From a virus (Duplodnaviria; Caudoviricetes), in the IMG/VR virus record IMGVR_UViG_3300038300_000071, positions 1-64,000 of that record: 64,000 nt of DNA, one strand, 5' to 3'. Made by a program: the position numbers and the translations under genes. Positions 63,426 through 64,000 of this stretch are shown here, one piece after another. How positions within the stretch are numbered: the stretch's first letter is position 1; each line of letters begins with the position of its first letter. The notes under the pieces are model-generated. The model did no database searches. It was not told the DNA's origin and was given only the letters and a program-made list of their open reading frames with translations.

Positions 63426-63470
63426 AAAAAAACTCTTTTAGTCTGATATAATAGGCTGAAAGAGTTTTTT
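63426..63470 (+). terminator. Terminator closing tRNA operon 2
   Basis: AAACTCTTTTAGTCT/AGGCTGAAAGAGTTT stem plus T run. Confidence 0.7.
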
Positions 63471-64000
63471 ATGGATTACAGACATGAGCGAAGGAACGGG
63501 AGCGTGTAATGGAAAATATACTTAAAGGGTTGCATGAGAAAGATCCTGCAAACAGGGTTGAATTTTCTTGTTTGAATAAGAATAAAGTTTTATGTTGGAT
63601 ATGCTATAAGGACGGCAAGAGGATTTTATCTGGATGCGAATCGGGAAAGAATCACAAAGAGGCCTTGGAAAATACAATGAATAACTTAAAAGAATAAGGA
63701 TTGTTATGACTAATTCTACAGCGAAGTATCCTTTTATTCCAGAGTCAGCGGAAGGAAGAGTTGTTAATATTACTTGGACGGATGACGATGAATTTAAAAT
63801 GTTTGGAAAGTATAAGTGGAAGAATGGCGAAACTAAAACGATCAAGACGGAAGAGTGGTGGGTGGTTAGAAATGATGTTCACGGAAGATCTACTCTGTAT
63901 AATTCTAGTCATGGAAGTGATAACTCGAATTCATTTACGACTGAGAACGGGATTACGGTAAGAGTTCAAATGAACAATGATTATCTTCAAGTTGGAGAGA

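Noticed and set aside
1-64000. Stop-codon reassignment
   Set aside because: Conserved genes are full length in the standard code (infA ends at TAG; folE and def end at TAA), many ORFs end at TGA in ATGA/GTGA overlaps, and no suppressor anticodon was found.

Overview
AT-rich, gene-dense, almost entirely plus-strand segment of a large (jumbo-type) tailed phage genome using the standard genetic code. Two Lentisphaera-style prepilin-like genes and many PVC-type lectin-like domains suggest a PVC-superphylum host, probably Lentisphaerae (inference). The window holds many small hypothetical ORFs and a translation/tRNA-maintenance set (IF-1, peptide deformylase, CCA-adding enzyme, C12orf29-like RNA ligase, RlaP-like nucleotidyltransferase). 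It also has part of a 7-deazaguanine pathway (folE, queD, queE, a PRTase, two ParB-like genes), cysC, a YccA-like protein, a B12 radical SAM enzyme, a tandem array of six mosaic lectin-domain genes plus a remnant, and two tRNA clusters. Main finding: each tRNA cluster is preceded by a sigma70 promoter, a 25-codon leader ORF (too short for the ORF track), a candidate antiterminator and an intrinsic terminator. The core of each leader is made almost only of codons read by the tRNAs of its own downstream cluster: AIEPKGPEAIK before Pro/Ala/Ile/Glu/Pro/Gly/Lys, and SSYNLSNCSSYLYSNSY before Ser/Cys/Ser/Asn/Asn/Leu/Leu/Tyr. This looks like ribosome-stalling attenuation that switches on phage tRNA arrays when the matching tRNAs are depleted. 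All family calls come from motif recognition by eye; no database search was run.
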